From a virus (Duplodnaviria > Caudoviricetes), in the IMG/VR virus record IMGVR_UViG_3300014208_000107, positions 1-28,994 of that record: a stretch of 28,994 nucleotides of DNA; one strand, written 5' to 3'. The position numbers were made by a program, and so were the translations under genes. Positions 7,352 to 17,100 of the stretch are shown one piece after another; positions within the stretch are counted from its first letter, which is position 1; each line of letters starts with the position of its first letter. The notes beneath the pieces are model-generated. The model did no database searches. It saw only the letters and a list, made by a program, of their open reading frames with translations, and was not told where the DNA came from.

Positions 7352-7782
7352 TGGGAGTAGATATTACAGGATTTGGCTCAGTCTTTGATTTCGCTGGTAA
7401 GGTAATTGATAAGATATTTCCTAACAAAGATGACGCAGAGAAAGCTAAGTTAGAACTATTCAAGATGCAACAAGCAGGAGAGTTAGCCGAACTAAATGCT
7501 TCATTACAAACTGCTCTGGCACAGGTAAATACTAATACAGAAGAAGCAAAGAATGCTTCGATATTTGTTGCTGGTTGGAGACCTTTTGTTGGTTGGATTT
7601 GTGGATTTTCACTGTTTTATAATTACATCTTTATGCCGTTTTACGCTTATAATGCTAACTGGATTTCAGTATCAGCACCAATAATGCCAGCACTTGATAG
7701 TGGTGAGTTAACTACTATATTACTTGGTATGCTTGGTCTTGGTGCAATGAGATCTTACGATAAGAAGAATGTTTGTAAATAG
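7351..7782 (+). CDS. 3-TM holin (GTA holin 3TM / DUF3154 type)
   Basis: FVAGWRPFVGWICG and LLGMLGLGAMRSYDK signatures; follows the endolysin. Confidence 0.9.
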   Translation: MGVDITGFGSVFDFAGKVIDKIFPNKDDAEKAKLELFKMQQAGELAELNASLQTALAQVNTNTEEAKNASIFVAGWRPFVGWICGFSLFYNYIFMPFYAYNANWISVSAPIMPALDSGELTTILLGMLGLGAMRSYDKKNVCK

Positions 7783-7796
7783 GTTCTGCAGAGCCA

Positions 7797-7840
7797 GACT
7801 GCAGTAAGAGGTTTGGTCTCCCTGGCTTTTTACTGCAGTC
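7797..7840 (+). other. intergenic long hairpin (RNA processing or stability element?)
   Basis: Perfect 11-bp arms GACTGCAGTAA/TTACTGCAGTC; no U-tract after the stem. Confidence 0.6.
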
Positions 7841-7859
7841 ACCATAAAAGGAGAGTATA

Positions 7860-7970
7860 ATGGGTGCAAGTTGCTTAAAATCTGTACTGAAAAGTATGGC
7901 AAAGAGTGATAAGAAGGTTAAGATTAAAGAAGTAAGTCGTGGTAAAAAGATTGCTATGCCACGCAAGTAG
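7860..7970 (+). CDS. 36-aa highly basic peptide (MGASCLKSVLKSMAKSDKKVKIKEVSRGKKIAMPRK)
   Basis: AAAGGAG RBS, codon style like neighbours; below ORF-track cutoff. Confidence 0.7.
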   Translation: MGASCLKSVLKSMAKSDKKVKIKEVSRGKKIAMPRK

Positions 7971-7991
7971 TGTCAATAATTAACATTGATT
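7965..7991. promoter_or_regulatory. 27-bp palindromic motif copy before the portal gene
   Basis: AAGTAGTGTCAA-TAA-TTAACATTGATT. Confidence 0.75.
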
Positions 7992-8005
7992 AGGACTATA
8001 TTACT

Positions 8006-9964
8006 ATGAATTATACAGAACCAACTACACTTGGATCTCTTGAAGTAAGTCAAGAAGATACAGACTTGTTGAATAAGTTAACTAATTGGCTTAAACAAAC
8101 TGAAGGTTCGGATAGTGAAAGTCTTTGGTTAACTGAAGCAGAAGAAGATTATGCTTTCTATGCTGGTGACCAAGATGATACAGTTACACTACAGAAATTA
8201 GCTGATGCTAATAGACCTGCACTTGTGTATAATCAAGTTAAACCAAAGGTAGATGTTGTAGTTGGTTTGGCTGGCCAGAATAGACAGTTACCTTCTGCCT
8301 TCCCTGTAGAACATAATGATGAGGCACTTGTTGAGTTAGCTAATGGAGTTATTAAATTCTTCAGAAGAGAATCTATGTTGGCTGACAATGAGATGACTTG
8401 TTTTGAACACACTGTAAAGAGTGGCAGAGCCCTTATGCACTTCTATGTAGATGATGAGAATCCATTTGAACCGCAGATTAAGACTCGCTTCGTTCATGGG
8501 CGCAATTTTAAGATTGACCCACGGAGTATTAACTATGACTTATCTGATGCAAGATTTATTTTTATAGACTTTTGGTATGATAAAGATGAGATTAAAACTA
8601 AGTATCCTAACTTTGACTTTGAGAAGGTAACACAGTTACAGAGTACGCAATCTGGTGCACCGCTATTCTACAATGCTATTGAAGATACTTATAGAGTAAC
8701 TGAATGTTGGTATAAAGAAGCTGCAGAAGTTTACTGGATTACTAACCCTGTTACACAGCAAGTTGAGAAACTAAACGAAGCATCTTTTAAGAAAATGAGA
8801 GATGCAGTTAGAATAGGATTCACCTTACCTAATGGGCAGGTTATTAAAGATGAGAAGTTTGATGGAATTAAGAAGTGGAGTACAGTTTGTAAGTATGCAA
8901 TCTTCTCTAATTGCTATGTCTTTGCTAAAGGTATCTCATCACATAGATGGGAAGGTTACCCAGATGTTCTGTTTGGTGCTTATAAACATGATACAGAGAA
9001 CAGATGGTTTGGTCTTATCTCTATGATGAAGGATCCGCAGAAGGGAGTTAATACTATGCGGAGACAAATGCAGCATCTGTTACAGACCTCTCCTAAAGGT
9101 ATCCTAATGCACGAAGTTGGTTCTATACTTGACATAGAAGCTTATGAATCTAAGTCTGCTGAACCTAATTACCATATGGAGTTGGCACAAGGTGCTTTAC
9201 AAAAAGTTAAGTTTACTGACCAACCATCTATTAGTCCTGTGTACTCACAACTGATGGTTGCTGACGAGCAGTTTATTAAAGATGTTTCAGGTATTCAGAA
9301 TGATACTCTTGGTATTCAGACATATTCGAGAGAGCCTGGAATAACTACACAGTTACGTCAAGGTCAGAATATTGCAATACTATTTATATTACTTGATAAT
9401 TTTAAGCGTAGTCGTTTGTTAGCTACAAAAATACTATTCTCATTTATTCAACAATATGTTACAACTGAAAGAGTTATTAGAATTGAAGGACAGAATGGGC
9501 AGCAATTATTACAACTTAATACACAAAACAACCCTGGAAGTCCGGGCTTTAATGATATCAGTATTGGTAAGTATGACTTCTTTGTTGAAGAAGGAATTGA
9601 AACAGTCAACTCTAGAAATTCTCTTGCTCAGTTGCTTACTGATATCAGTCATAATAACCCAGGTTCTGTTCCTCCTGAGTTAATTATAGAATATTCTGGT
9701 GCACCATTTACTGTAGTTCAACAGTTGAAACAGTACAGTCAACAGATGCAACAGTCTAATATGCAAGCACAAAAAGAGAAAGAACAAAGGGAGTATGAAC
9801 TGGAAATGGCAAAGATGGAGAATCAGAGATACATAGCAGTCATTAATAACATGGCTAAGTTAATGACCTCTGATAAGCAAATTGATGCTAGTATTTTAAA
9901 CACTCTTCTGGCTGGAGTTCAGAAAGAGAAACAATTAACTAATAAGGGAGAGAACAATGAGTGA
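8006..9964 (+). CDS. portal protein (P22-like)
   Basis: EDYAFYAGDQ...RPALVYNQVKPKVDVVVG, KDPQ..N motif, Gln-rich C-terminal barrel, 652 aa, lies before scaffold and MCP. Confidence 0.9.
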   Translation: MNYTEPTTLGSLEVSQEDTDLLNKLTNWLKQTEGSDSESLWLTEAEEDYAFYAGDQDDTVTLQKLADANRPALVYNQVKPKVDVVVGLAGQNRQLPSAFPVEHNDEALVELANGVIKFFRRESMLADNEMTCFEHTVKSGRALMHFYVDDENPFEPQIKTRFVHGRNFKIDPRSINYDLSDARFIFIDFWYDKDEIKTKYPNFDFEKVTQLQSTQSGAPLFYNAIEDTYRVTECWYKEAAEVYWITNPVTQQVEKLNEASFKKMRDAVRIGFTLPNGQVIKDEKFDGIKKWSTVCKYAIFSNCYVFAKGISSHRWEGYPDVLFGAYKHDTENRWFGLISMMKDPQKGVNTMRRQMQHLLQTSPKGILMHEVGSILDIEAYESKSAEPNYHMELAQGALQKVKFTDQPSISPVYSQLMVADEQFIKDVSGIQNDTLGIQTYSREPGITTQLRQGQNIAILFILLDNFKRSRLLATKILFSFIQQYVTTERVIRIEGQNGQQLLQLNTQNNPGSPGFNDISIGKYDFFVEEGIETVNSRNSLAQLLTDISHNNPGSVPPELIIEYSGAPFTVVQQLKQYSQQMQQSNMQAQKEKEQREYELEMAKMENQRYIAVINNMAKLMTSDKQIDASILNTLLAGVQKEKQLTNKGENNE

Positions 9965-10889
9965 TGCAGCAACTGTAGTAGAAACTGTAGTTGGTGGAGG
10001 GTTAACTGTTGAAATGGTTAATCAGATGCAAGAGGAGATGAATCCTATTGGAGAAGATACAGTAACAGATACTAAAGTGGTTGAGGATACTGCTAAGGTT
10101 GTAGAACCTAAAGTAGTAGAGGATACTAAAGTAGTAGATGATGCTGTGAAGGATAAGGTAGTTGACGATGGTAAAGCAAAAGAACCTGCTGAAGAAATCG
10201 ATCCAGTTAGAGAACTAAGAGAAGCTAATCGATTACTCACAGAGAATCTTCAAAAGGTTACTAGCGACTATCAAGCACTTACCAAAAAGATGATTGATAA
10301 GGGCGTTATATCAGAGGAAGAATTGAAAGCAGATAAGGATCTAGCAGATGCTAACTTAAAAGCTTTTCAAGAACGCCAGACAAAACTGACTGAAATAGTT
10401 GCAGTTATGGAAGTTAATCCTATTTATCAAGACGTTCGGACAGTTTGTACGCAAGCTAACTTGGACGATATAGTTGATGCTTTTGCAAGATACTATATCA
10501 AGGAAAACGGTGGAAATCTGCAAGATGTAGCAGTTAAAATGGAGCAGGAAATTTGGCAAGAACCGAATCCTTACAAGAAGATTTATGAACTTGTAAAGAC
10601 TTATCATCCGAAGTATAAAGTTGTGGAAAAGAAAGTGGATGAAAAGACTGAAGCTGAAAAAGCTAAGGAAGCGGAAGAGGCTGCCAAGAAGATTGCTACT
10701 GATGCAGATAAAGGTAAAGAGAAAAAGGTTGTTGAAGTTACTCCGTCAGCAGCGACTATTGGTGCAGGTGGGAGTGGTGCAGGAAGTAGTGGATGGACTG
10801 CTGCGAAGATTGACGCACTTCCTGAAGATGAGTTACATACTGTTCCTAAAGATATTTATGAAAAGTATCTATTAGGGCAGATTAATTAA
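9957..10889 (+). CDS. capsid scaffolding protein
   Basis: Acidic, helical, between portal and MCP, short C-terminal helix-loop-helix after a Gly/Ser linker. Confidence 0.8.
   Translation: MSDAATVVETVVGGGLTVEMVNQMQEEMNPIGEDTVTDTKVVEDTAKVVEPKVVEDTKVVDDAVKDKVVDDGKAKEPAEEIDPVRELREANRLLTENLQKVTSDYQALTKKMIDKGVISEEELKADKDLADANLKAFQERQTKLTEIVAVMEVNPIYQDVRTVCTQANLDDIVDAFARYYIKENGGNLQDVAVKMEQEIWQEPNPYKKIYELVKTYHPKYKVVEKKVDEKTEAEKAKEAEEAAKKIATDADKGKEKKVVEVTPSAATIGAGGSGAGSSGWTAAKIDALPEDELHTVPKDIYEKYLLGQIN
10068..10172 (+). repeat. five KVV(E/D) repeats in the scaffold N-terminus
   Basis: DTKVVEDTAKVVEPKVVEDTKVVDDAVKDKVVDD. Confidence 0.8.
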
Positions 10890-10904
10890 TTGGAGGATTA
10901 AACG

Positions 10905-11954
10905 ATGTCAGATACCCCGAAGACTCAGTTTTTAACAAACGATAATCTCACCAGAAAGAAATGGGCACGAGATTTATTTAGTATTATTCTGCCTTCTGTT
11001 GAGATTAATACGTTGGTAGGAAAAGATAGCAACTCGATTGTACAGATTAAAACAGAATTAGCTAAAGGAGAAGGTGACCAAATTACTTTCGGTATTCGCC
11101 TGCCCTTGGTTGGAGAAGGTGTTGTTGGCAACGACACTGTGGAAGGAAACGAAGAGAAACTTCGCTTCAAAGATTTCAAGATGACCATTGAAGAACTCAA
11201 CCATGCTGTTGATACTGGTGGCAGAATGGAAGAGCAGAGAGTTCCTTATAATTTGATGCAAGAAGGTAAGAATGGTCTGCAGGATTGGTGGGTAGCGAAG
11301 TTAAATACCTATCTGATGGCAGTTCTCTGTGGTGATACCAGTTATGCGATAGTTGCTGGTAAGACCTTTGGTACGACAATTACAGCTCCTGATACAGGTC
11401 ACTTGATTACAGCTAATGACGTTGCAGAGGCTTCAATAACTTCAGCAGATGTAATGGATCTTACCATGTTGGATAAGATGAAGCAAAGAGCAGAGATTCC
11501 TGCTACTGGTTGTTACAAACTTCGTCCTCTCAACCTTGGTGGAAAGAACTACTGGAGAGTTATTCTTCATAACTATGTATTTGATGCTCTTCGCCAGAAC
11601 ACTAACATTGGTCAGTGGGGCGATTTGCAGCGAGCAGCCAATAAACTGGCTATTCCCAATACCGAGATTGAATACAACGGTATGCTTATCTCCAAGAGTG
11701 AAAATATCCGCAAAGCTCCAGGTAATGCGAATGTCTATCGTAATCTGTTCCTTGGTTGCCAAGCCGCTGTATGGGCGTGGGGTGGAGCAGGTGAGTCCAA
11801 GTCCACAACGATGGCTTTCGTTCCTTACACTAAAGACGCAGAACGCTTTGTTATGATTCGTGGAGGTGGTATTTTCGGAGCAGCGAAACCTATCTTTGAT
11901 TCTAAAGACTATGGTGTTATCGTTGGAAGTTCATGGGGCGAAGCAATTTCTTAA
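10905..11954 (+). CDS. major capsid protein, DUF4043 / N4-gp56-like family
   Basis: L.K..GD.ITF, G.GV.G...EGNEE.L, HAV...GRM.EQR motifs; 349 aa; follows scaffold. Confidence 0.9.
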   Translation: MSDTPKTQFLTNDNLTRKKWARDLFSIILPSVEINTLVGKDSNSIVQIKTELAKGEGDQITFGIRLPLVGEGVVGNDTVEGNEEKLRFKDFKMTIEELNHAVDTGGRMEEQRVPYNLMQEGKNGLQDWWVAKLNTYLMAVLCGDTSYAIVAGKTFGTTITAPDTGHLITANDVAEASITSADVMDLTMLDKMKQRAEIPATGCYKLRPLNLGGKNYWRVILHNYVFDALRQNTNIGQWGDLQRAANKLAIPNTEIEYNGMLISKSENIRKAPGNANVYRNLFLGCQAAVWAWGGAGESKSTTMAFVPYTKDAERFVMIRGGGIFGAAKPIFDSKDYGVIVGSSWGEAIS

Positions 11955-11966
11955 GGAGGTTTTATA

Positions 11967-12377
11967 ATGGCTAATACAGATGCTTACACGAGTAAAGCTT
12001 CAGATAACTTTAGAATAGAGGCAAGTCGTTTGTTGCTTGCTCCTGCTGATGATACTTATAATATTATCAGAATTCCAAAGTTTGCTCTTGTAACAGATTG
12101 TTGGATTCAGATTGTGACAGAATTTACTGTCAACGCAAGTGTTAATGTTGGCTGGATGGGTAATGGGGAAACTGCCATAACCAACGGCTTTATTACAAAC
12201 GATATAGCAGAACCCACTGTGGCTGGATTGAAGAGAGGACTTAATACAAATCTCACTACATTTTCTGGTAAGTATTTCTCTGATGCTTCTGGTGCAGTTA
12301 CAGTAACGGTACTTGATAATGATGGTACTGTTGGAGATTTCAGGGTTTTTGTTCAATTTACAGTTATTCACACCTAG
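11967..12377 (+). CDS. putative capsid decoration/cement protein
   Basis: Directly after MCP; small beta-sandwich pattern (IP..A.V......V.T.F). Confidence 0.6.
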   Translation: MANTDAYTSKASDNFRIEASRLLLAPADDTYNIIRIPKFALVTDCWIQIVTEFTVNASVNVGWMGNGETAITNGFITNDIAEPTVAGLKRGLNTNLTTFSGKYFSDASGAVTVTVLDNDGTVGDFRVFVQFTVIHT

Positions 12378-12390
12378 GAGGTAAAGTGTT

Positions 12391-12921
12391 ATGGCAACTG
12401 TTACAATTATTAATGACGTAAGACGTACTGACTTACGTACGAGTGTTTTAGGAAATCCCTATTGGATTTCATCTGGTGTAGTGGATGCTTCTGCCACAGC
12501 AGCGATTGATGATAAGTATGTTATGCTTTTCTCTTTCCCTACTGCTGGTGAGTTCATCTTTATTGAGCAAGTTATTGTTCAGGTAGTTACGGCATTTACT
12601 GCTGGTACTACTTTCAGTATTGGTTTATCTACCTTGTTAACTGATGCGGTTACAACTGCTGGTGTAGCAACTACGGTAGGTGATGAGTATTTTATGGAAG
12701 CTGCTGATATTACAGCAACTACTATAGGATACTATCACGCTGCTGCCGCGGCAGGTAATACATGGTTGACTGCTAAGATTGCAGCTGTTCCTACTTCACC
12801 GTATATGTTGACTGGTGTTGCTGCTGCGGTTCCTAGTGTTCATTTGATTGCAGCTAATGCAGGAACGGTTGCTGCTGGTAAAGCGATTGTTCATATGTGC
12901 ATCAATAAATTTAAGTACTAG
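12391..12921 (+). CDS. putative capsid decoration protein, paralogue of 12932-13447
   Basis: Shares D.RRTDLR, W..S, LFSFP, V.T.FT.GTT, DI.....G.Y. Confidence 0.6.
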   Translation: MATVTIINDVRRTDLRTSVLGNPYWISSGVVDASATAAIDDKYVMLFSFPTAGEFIFIEQVIVQVVTAFTAGTTFSIGLSTLLTDAVTTAGVATTVGDEYFMEAADITATTIGYYHAAAAAGNTWLTAKIAAVPTSPYMLTGVAAAVPSVHLIAANAGTVAAGKAIVHMCINKFKY

Positions 12922-12931
12922 GAGAAATTAG

Positions 12932-13447
12932 ATGAGTACCATACAGGATTATAGAAGAACAGATCTTCGTGTTGACTCTAGTCGTGGAGCATTTTGGCTT
13001 ACTTCCAAGGCTATAGATGGACACGAAGTGTCTGGTTTGAAGGATAAAGCTTGTGTGTTATTCTCATTTCCTATAGCTGACCAACAGATTATCATTCGTG
13101 AGATTGCTGTTAGAGTGTTGACTCCATTTACTACTGGAACCACTTTAGAATTAGGGAGTTACACTCTAGCTACTGAAGATGTATCTACTGACGGTACAGC
13201 AACTGCTGTTGATGATGATGCTTATGTTACTGCTGTGGATATTTTACCTGAAACGGCAGGTTGGTATTATCCAACTCGTGGTGGATTTGTTGACGCACAG
13301 GAGTCTGGTATTGTTGTAGTTGGGGAGAATTTGATTGTAGGAGCAGCAACTACTGTTCCAGCGATTGCAATTACTCCGAAGGAAGCAACTATTATTATTG
13401 GTAAAGTTCAAGTGTACTTGCTTGTTTGCATAGTACCTGGAATATAG
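12932..13447 (+). CDS. putative capsid decoration protein, paralogue of 12391-12921
   Basis: Same shared motifs; AGGAG RBS. Confidence 0.6.
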   Translation: MSTIQDYRRTDLRVDSSRGAFWLTSKAIDGHEVSGLKDKACVLFSFPIADQQIIIREIAVRVLTPFTTGTTLELGSYTLATEDVSTDGTATAVDDDAYVTAVDILPETAGWYYPTRGGFVDAQESGIVVVGENLIVGAATTVPAIAITPKEATIIIGKVQVYLLVCIVPGI

Positions 13448-13459
13448 GAGGATATACAA

Positions 13460-14083
13460 ATGAAAGTTGAAGGAAGAGTTGGTGTAATTGATGCGGACAG
13501 CGGTTCTACTAATCCGCTTGTTACTCACACAGACGGTTCGTTAGTTGTACGAAATAGTGCTGCTAAGTATGCAGATGCAGTTTTAAAGGGTAATGTTTAT
13601 GTTGCTTGTAACCAAGCAGCTGTTGCTCTTACTGCTGCAATGGCTACCACTTACACAGGATTAGTACTGTTTAATCCTGCTACTTCTACTAAGAACTATG
13701 TAATTCTTGGTGCAGGTTATGCTACCACAATAGCAGTTCCTACAGCCACAGTGATTGGTTTGATGACTGGTACAGTTGTTACGGCAGCTACGATGGATGC
13801 AGCAGCAGCTATTACTCCTCGTAATAGATTGGTTGGTACTGCGAACTCCTCATCTGCAATCATTGATAACGCTTGTACACTGAATGGAACTCCTGTGCTA
13901 GAGCAAGTGTTTGGTAGTGCATGGTGCGAAGCAACAACTGCAGGTACGACTGGTCCGAATACTTGGGCAAACATCGATGGTTCTTTGATTATTAAGCCCA
14001 ATTCCTATGTTGCATTTTACAGTTTTGCAGCAAATACTGCGGCATTTATTTGCTCAATTCTGTGGGAAGAAGTTGATGTTTAA
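13460..14083 (+). CDS. beta-rich virion structural protein
   Basis: AGGAGG RBS; Ala/Thr-rich; ends WEEVDV; in the head module. Confidence 0.6.
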   Translation: MKVEGRVGVIDADSGSTNPLVTHTDGSLVVRNSAAKYADAVLKGNVYVACNQAAVALTAAMATTYTGLVLFNPATSTKNYVILGAGYATTIAVPTATVIGLMTGTVVTAATMDAAAAITPRNRLVGTANSSSAIIDNACTLNGTPVLEQVFGSAWCEATTAGTTGPNTWANIDGSLIIKPNSYVAFYSFAANTAAFICSILWEEVDV

Positions 14084-14108
14084 GCATCGTAAATAATTGA
14101 CATTGATT
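14082..14108. promoter_or_regulatory. 27-bp palindromic motif copy at the head/neck junction
   Basis: AAGCATCGTAAA-TAA-TTGACATTGATT; right half perfect. Confidence 0.8.
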
Positions 14109-14125
14109 AGAAGGGGTATCAGTAG

Positions 14126-14755
14126 ATGAATTACAGTGAGATACAGAGAGAAGTTAAAGCTTTGTTAATGGATCAAAGTCCAACATTACTTGTAACTATC
14201 CCTGACTTGGTTAACGAAGCTATAGGACAAATTGCCGAAGAAGTACGGTTTCCTGAGTTGCGGCAGGTTAGTTCTGTTACGACAAGTACTACCACCTACT
14301 ATGTGAATATGCCAACTACTTTTTCTAGCCGACTTAAGTATGCTGGTAATTCCGATGGTGAGTATGAGATACTAGATGAATTAACAGAGCTTATTAAAAA
14401 ATATCCTGCGTTAGATGAGGTAGGTGATATTGAATTTGTTGTTTGCGAAGGAGGGATTTTATACTATCAGCCTATCCCTAGTACTGCAGAGACAATCACT
14501 TGTATAGGATACCATACTCCAAGTTTATTAGTTAATGATACTGATACTCCTTCTTTCATACCTTTCTTTCTACACAGAGAGGCAATTGTTAATCGTGTTG
14601 TTTCAAATGCTTACAATATCATTGAGGATGGAATGGAAGCAGACAAGGTGAATACTAAGTTATTTATGAACCTTGCTGAAGTTGGACTTAACCGAGTAAG
14701 AGAATATATAAGCAGACGAAGACCAGTAGTAAGTAAATCAAATTGGGATTATTAA
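14126..14755 (+). CDS. head-tail adaptor protein
   Basis: MNYSEI..V...VNEA...I N-terminal helices, Y.MP, YY.P.P, L..DTD.P..P..H pattern typical of podoviral adaptors. Confidence 0.75.
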   Translation: MNYSEIQREVKALLMDQSPTLLVTIPDLVNEAIGQIAEEVRFPELRQVSSVTTSTTTYYVNMPTTFSSRLKYAGNSDGEYEILDELTELIKKYPALDEVGDIEFVVCEGGILYYQPIPSTAETITCIGYHTPSLLVNDTDTPSFIPFFLHREAIVNRVVSNAYNIIEDGMEADKVNTKLFMNLAEVGLNRVREYISRRRPVVSKSNWDY

Positions 14756-14756
14756 T

Positions 14757-15692
14757 ATGAAGAGTATTACTTTTCTTAAAGGTACAGCAGGACTAAATAA
14801 TGCAGTTGATGCAATTAGGATCGGGCATAACGAAGAGACTGGTATTGTAGATTTAGGCGAAGCCTATAATGTAGACATTGATGATTCTGGTAGATTATCC
14901 AGACGTAAAGGTTTCTCCACAACTACCAGAACTGAAAGTGTTCATTCTATGTTTGCTGAGAAAGAATACTGTCTTTATATGTCAGGTGATTCTCTTTATA
15001 GACTTAATCCAGATTATAGTAGAACTGGTCTGCGTAGCAGTATGACTAGAGGTGCTGTTGTTGATTATGCTTATACTAATAGAGAAGTATATTATGTCAA
15101 TGGTTTTGAGATTGGAATTGTTAGAGATAATACTTCTTGGACTTGGGCAAAGCCAACTACTTATTACGGTGTAACTACTTTCAGACAGTTTTCAGATCCT
15201 CCATTAGGTCATCTTGTATGTTACTATAATGGAAGGATGTTTATTGCTCAAGATAATATGGTTTGGTTCTCTGAGCCATATAACTATGGAGCATTTGATT
15301 TAGCGAGAAATTACTGGTTGTTTCCAAGTAGAGTAAAGATGCTAAGAGCAGTATCAGATGGTTTGTTTGTTTCTGATTCTTTTCACATCTACTCTCTACT
15401 GTTCAATAAACCAGATGAGTGTAAGCAAACTGTTGTGTATGACTACCCAGCAATAGAAGGTTCTGCTGCGATTGGAGATGCAACTAACTTACAATTACCA
15501 GAATCTGTTGTTTCAGTTTGGACAAAGGTTGCTGGGCCAGTTCTGTTGTGTACCACTAACAATGGAATCTGTGTAGGATTAACAGATGGTTTGTTTAAGA
15601 ATCTTACTCAAGATAAGATTGTTTGTCCTACAGCAAATAAGGCTACAGCAGTTATTAAAGATAATACTTACATTTGTTTACTACAAGAATAG
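14757..15692 (+). CDS. putative tail nozzle / DNA stabilisation protein (beta-propeller-like)
   Basis: GLNN...A.NVD....G.L.RRKG start, Y.GR.F.A....WFSEP; follows adaptor. Confidence 0.65.
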   Translation: MKSITFLKGTAGLNNAVDAIRIGHNEETGIVDLGEAYNVDIDDSGRLSRRKGFSTTTRTESVHSMFAEKEYCLYMSGDSLYRLNPDYSRTGLRSSMTRGAVVDYAYTNREVYYVNGFEIGIVRDNTSWTWAKPTTYYGVTTFRQFSDPPLGHLVCYYNGRMFIAQDNMVWFSEPYNYGAFDLARNYWLFPSRVKMLRAVSDGLFVSDSFHIYSLLFNKPDECKQTVVYDYPAIEGSAAIGDATNLQLPESVVSVWTKVAGPVLLCTTNNGICVGLTDGLFKNLTQDKIVCPTANKATAVIKDNTYICLLQE

Positions 15693-15704
15693 GAGGAGTT
15701 TAAA

Positions 15705-16433
15705 ATGACTTTACGTTTATCAACTAAGTTAAGAAACATGATGCTTGGTGGTGTGCCAGCGATTGGTGGTGCTACTATAGCAGGTACGGGAATTGCAGCC
15801 GTTACAGGTACACCTGATAACTTTACAGTTGCTAGTGGAATTACTGCAGCAGGTTTTGCTGTTGGAGATACAATCTGTGTAAGTGGTTTCCTTGCAGCAG
15901 CTAATAATGGTATCTTTACAATTAGTTCAGTTGCTGATGGTAAGATTGAAATTACTGAAACTACAGTAACTGGTGAATCTGCTGGACCGAATGTTAAGAT
16001 TCAGGTTATTAAAGGTGGTTCGTTAAAGGATGTTTTCAAAGATGGTGTGTTGAAGATTTACTCTGGTTCTCAACCTGCCACTGCTGATGCAGCCATTACA
16101 GGTTCTTTACTGTGTACTATTTCAGTAAGTTCTGGTGCTTGGGCTGCAGGTTCTCCTGCTTACGGACTTGAGTTTGGTACTGCGGCATCTGGAGCAATTA
16201 GTAAAGCATCTGGTGAAGTATGGAGTGGAACTAATGCAGCAACAGGTACAGCAGGTTATTTTAGGTTGTATGCAAATGCAACTGATGCTGGAGCATTAGA
16301 TACTAATGTCTACGCAAGAATTGATGGTGCGATTGCAACTTCTGGTTCACAGTTAAACTTATCATCTACTTCACTAGTGGCTGCGGCAACTTTAACTATT
16401 GATACATTTACTATTACTTTCCCGGCTGCGTAA
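15705..16433 (+). CDS. virion structural protein with inserted small beta domain
   Basis: LST.LRN.ML...LKIYSGSQPATADAA...GTAGYFR...RIDG core; insert GF.VGD.I.VSG....NG.FTI. Confidence 0.65.
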   Translation: MTLRLSTKLRNMMLGGVPAIGGATIAGTGIAAVTGTPDNFTVASGITAAGFAVGDTICVSGFLAAANNGIFTISSVADGKIEITETTVTGESAGPNVKIQVIKGGSLKDVFKDGVLKIYSGSQPATADAAITGSLLCTISVSSGAWAAGSPAYGLEFGTAASGAISKASGEVWSGTNAATGTAGYFRLYANATDAGALDTNVYARIDGAIATSGSQLNLSSTSLVAAATLTIDTFTITFPAA

Positions 16434-16442
16434 GGATAAGAG

Positions 16443-17099
16443 ATGCCTAACTACTCTTTAGAGATTGCTTCTGGTGCATTAACAATAGATGGAACAGCAA
16501 TATCTCTTACATACAAGACATGGGCTGAGCAGAATCACGCAGTAATGTTTATACCTTATCTTACTTGTGATGCTGCTAACTCTGGACTTGAATGTGCTAT
16601 ACCAGTATTGACAATTGAATCTGAAGGATATGCTGGCTTAACTGCTTACCTTATAGAGTCTTTTTCTGTGTTAAGTAGTACTGGTGAAAGTAGTGTGTGG
16701 AGTTTTGCAGATGATATTGAAGTTCCTGTTATTACTTTAGAAAGTTATAGTGGAGCGATAAGTGCATTTGATTTACTTGTTCTAACTGCAGACAGTACAG
16801 GTACATTACATGAGATAGGTGAGTTGAATGTTACAACTTCTAACTTAACTATAAGTGCAGAAGGTTGGAGTAGTGAAGTTGCTTCGTTAGGAAGTTCGTT
16901 ACCTATACTTACTATAACTACAACTGGTATGGAAAGTTTAGTTGGAACTTTAACAGTATCTGTACCGGCATTAGAGATGGAATTAAGCAGTGGTTACATT
17001 GTACCTGTTGGGATTGGAAGTATGTCCTTACCAATCATTGAAGTTAACAAGAGTGGAATTGTTGCTGGTAGATTTGAATATCCAGTATTAGGTAATTGA
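16443..17099 (+). CDS. beta-repeat fibre-like protein, paralogue of the C-terminal half of 17101-18369
   Basis: YKTWAEQNHA.MFIPYLT.DAANSGL ... GRF.YPV shared. Confidence 0.75.
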   Translation: MPNYSLEIASGALTIDGTAISLTYKTWAEQNHAVMFIPYLTCDAANSGLECAIPVLTIESEGYAGLTAYLIESFSVLSSTGESSVWSFADDIEVPVITLESYSGAISAFDLLVLTADSTGTLHEIGELNVTTSNLTISAEGWSSEVASLGSSLPILTITTTGMESLVGTLTVSVPALEMELSSGYIVPVGIGSMSLPIIEVNKSGIVAGRFEYPVLGN

Positions 17100-17100
17100 G

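Noticed and set aside
14857-14883. Weak half-site matches (14872, 5782, 9129, 25029)
   Set aside because: 8-10/12 on one side with no convincing partner half; plausible by chance in AT-rich coding DNA
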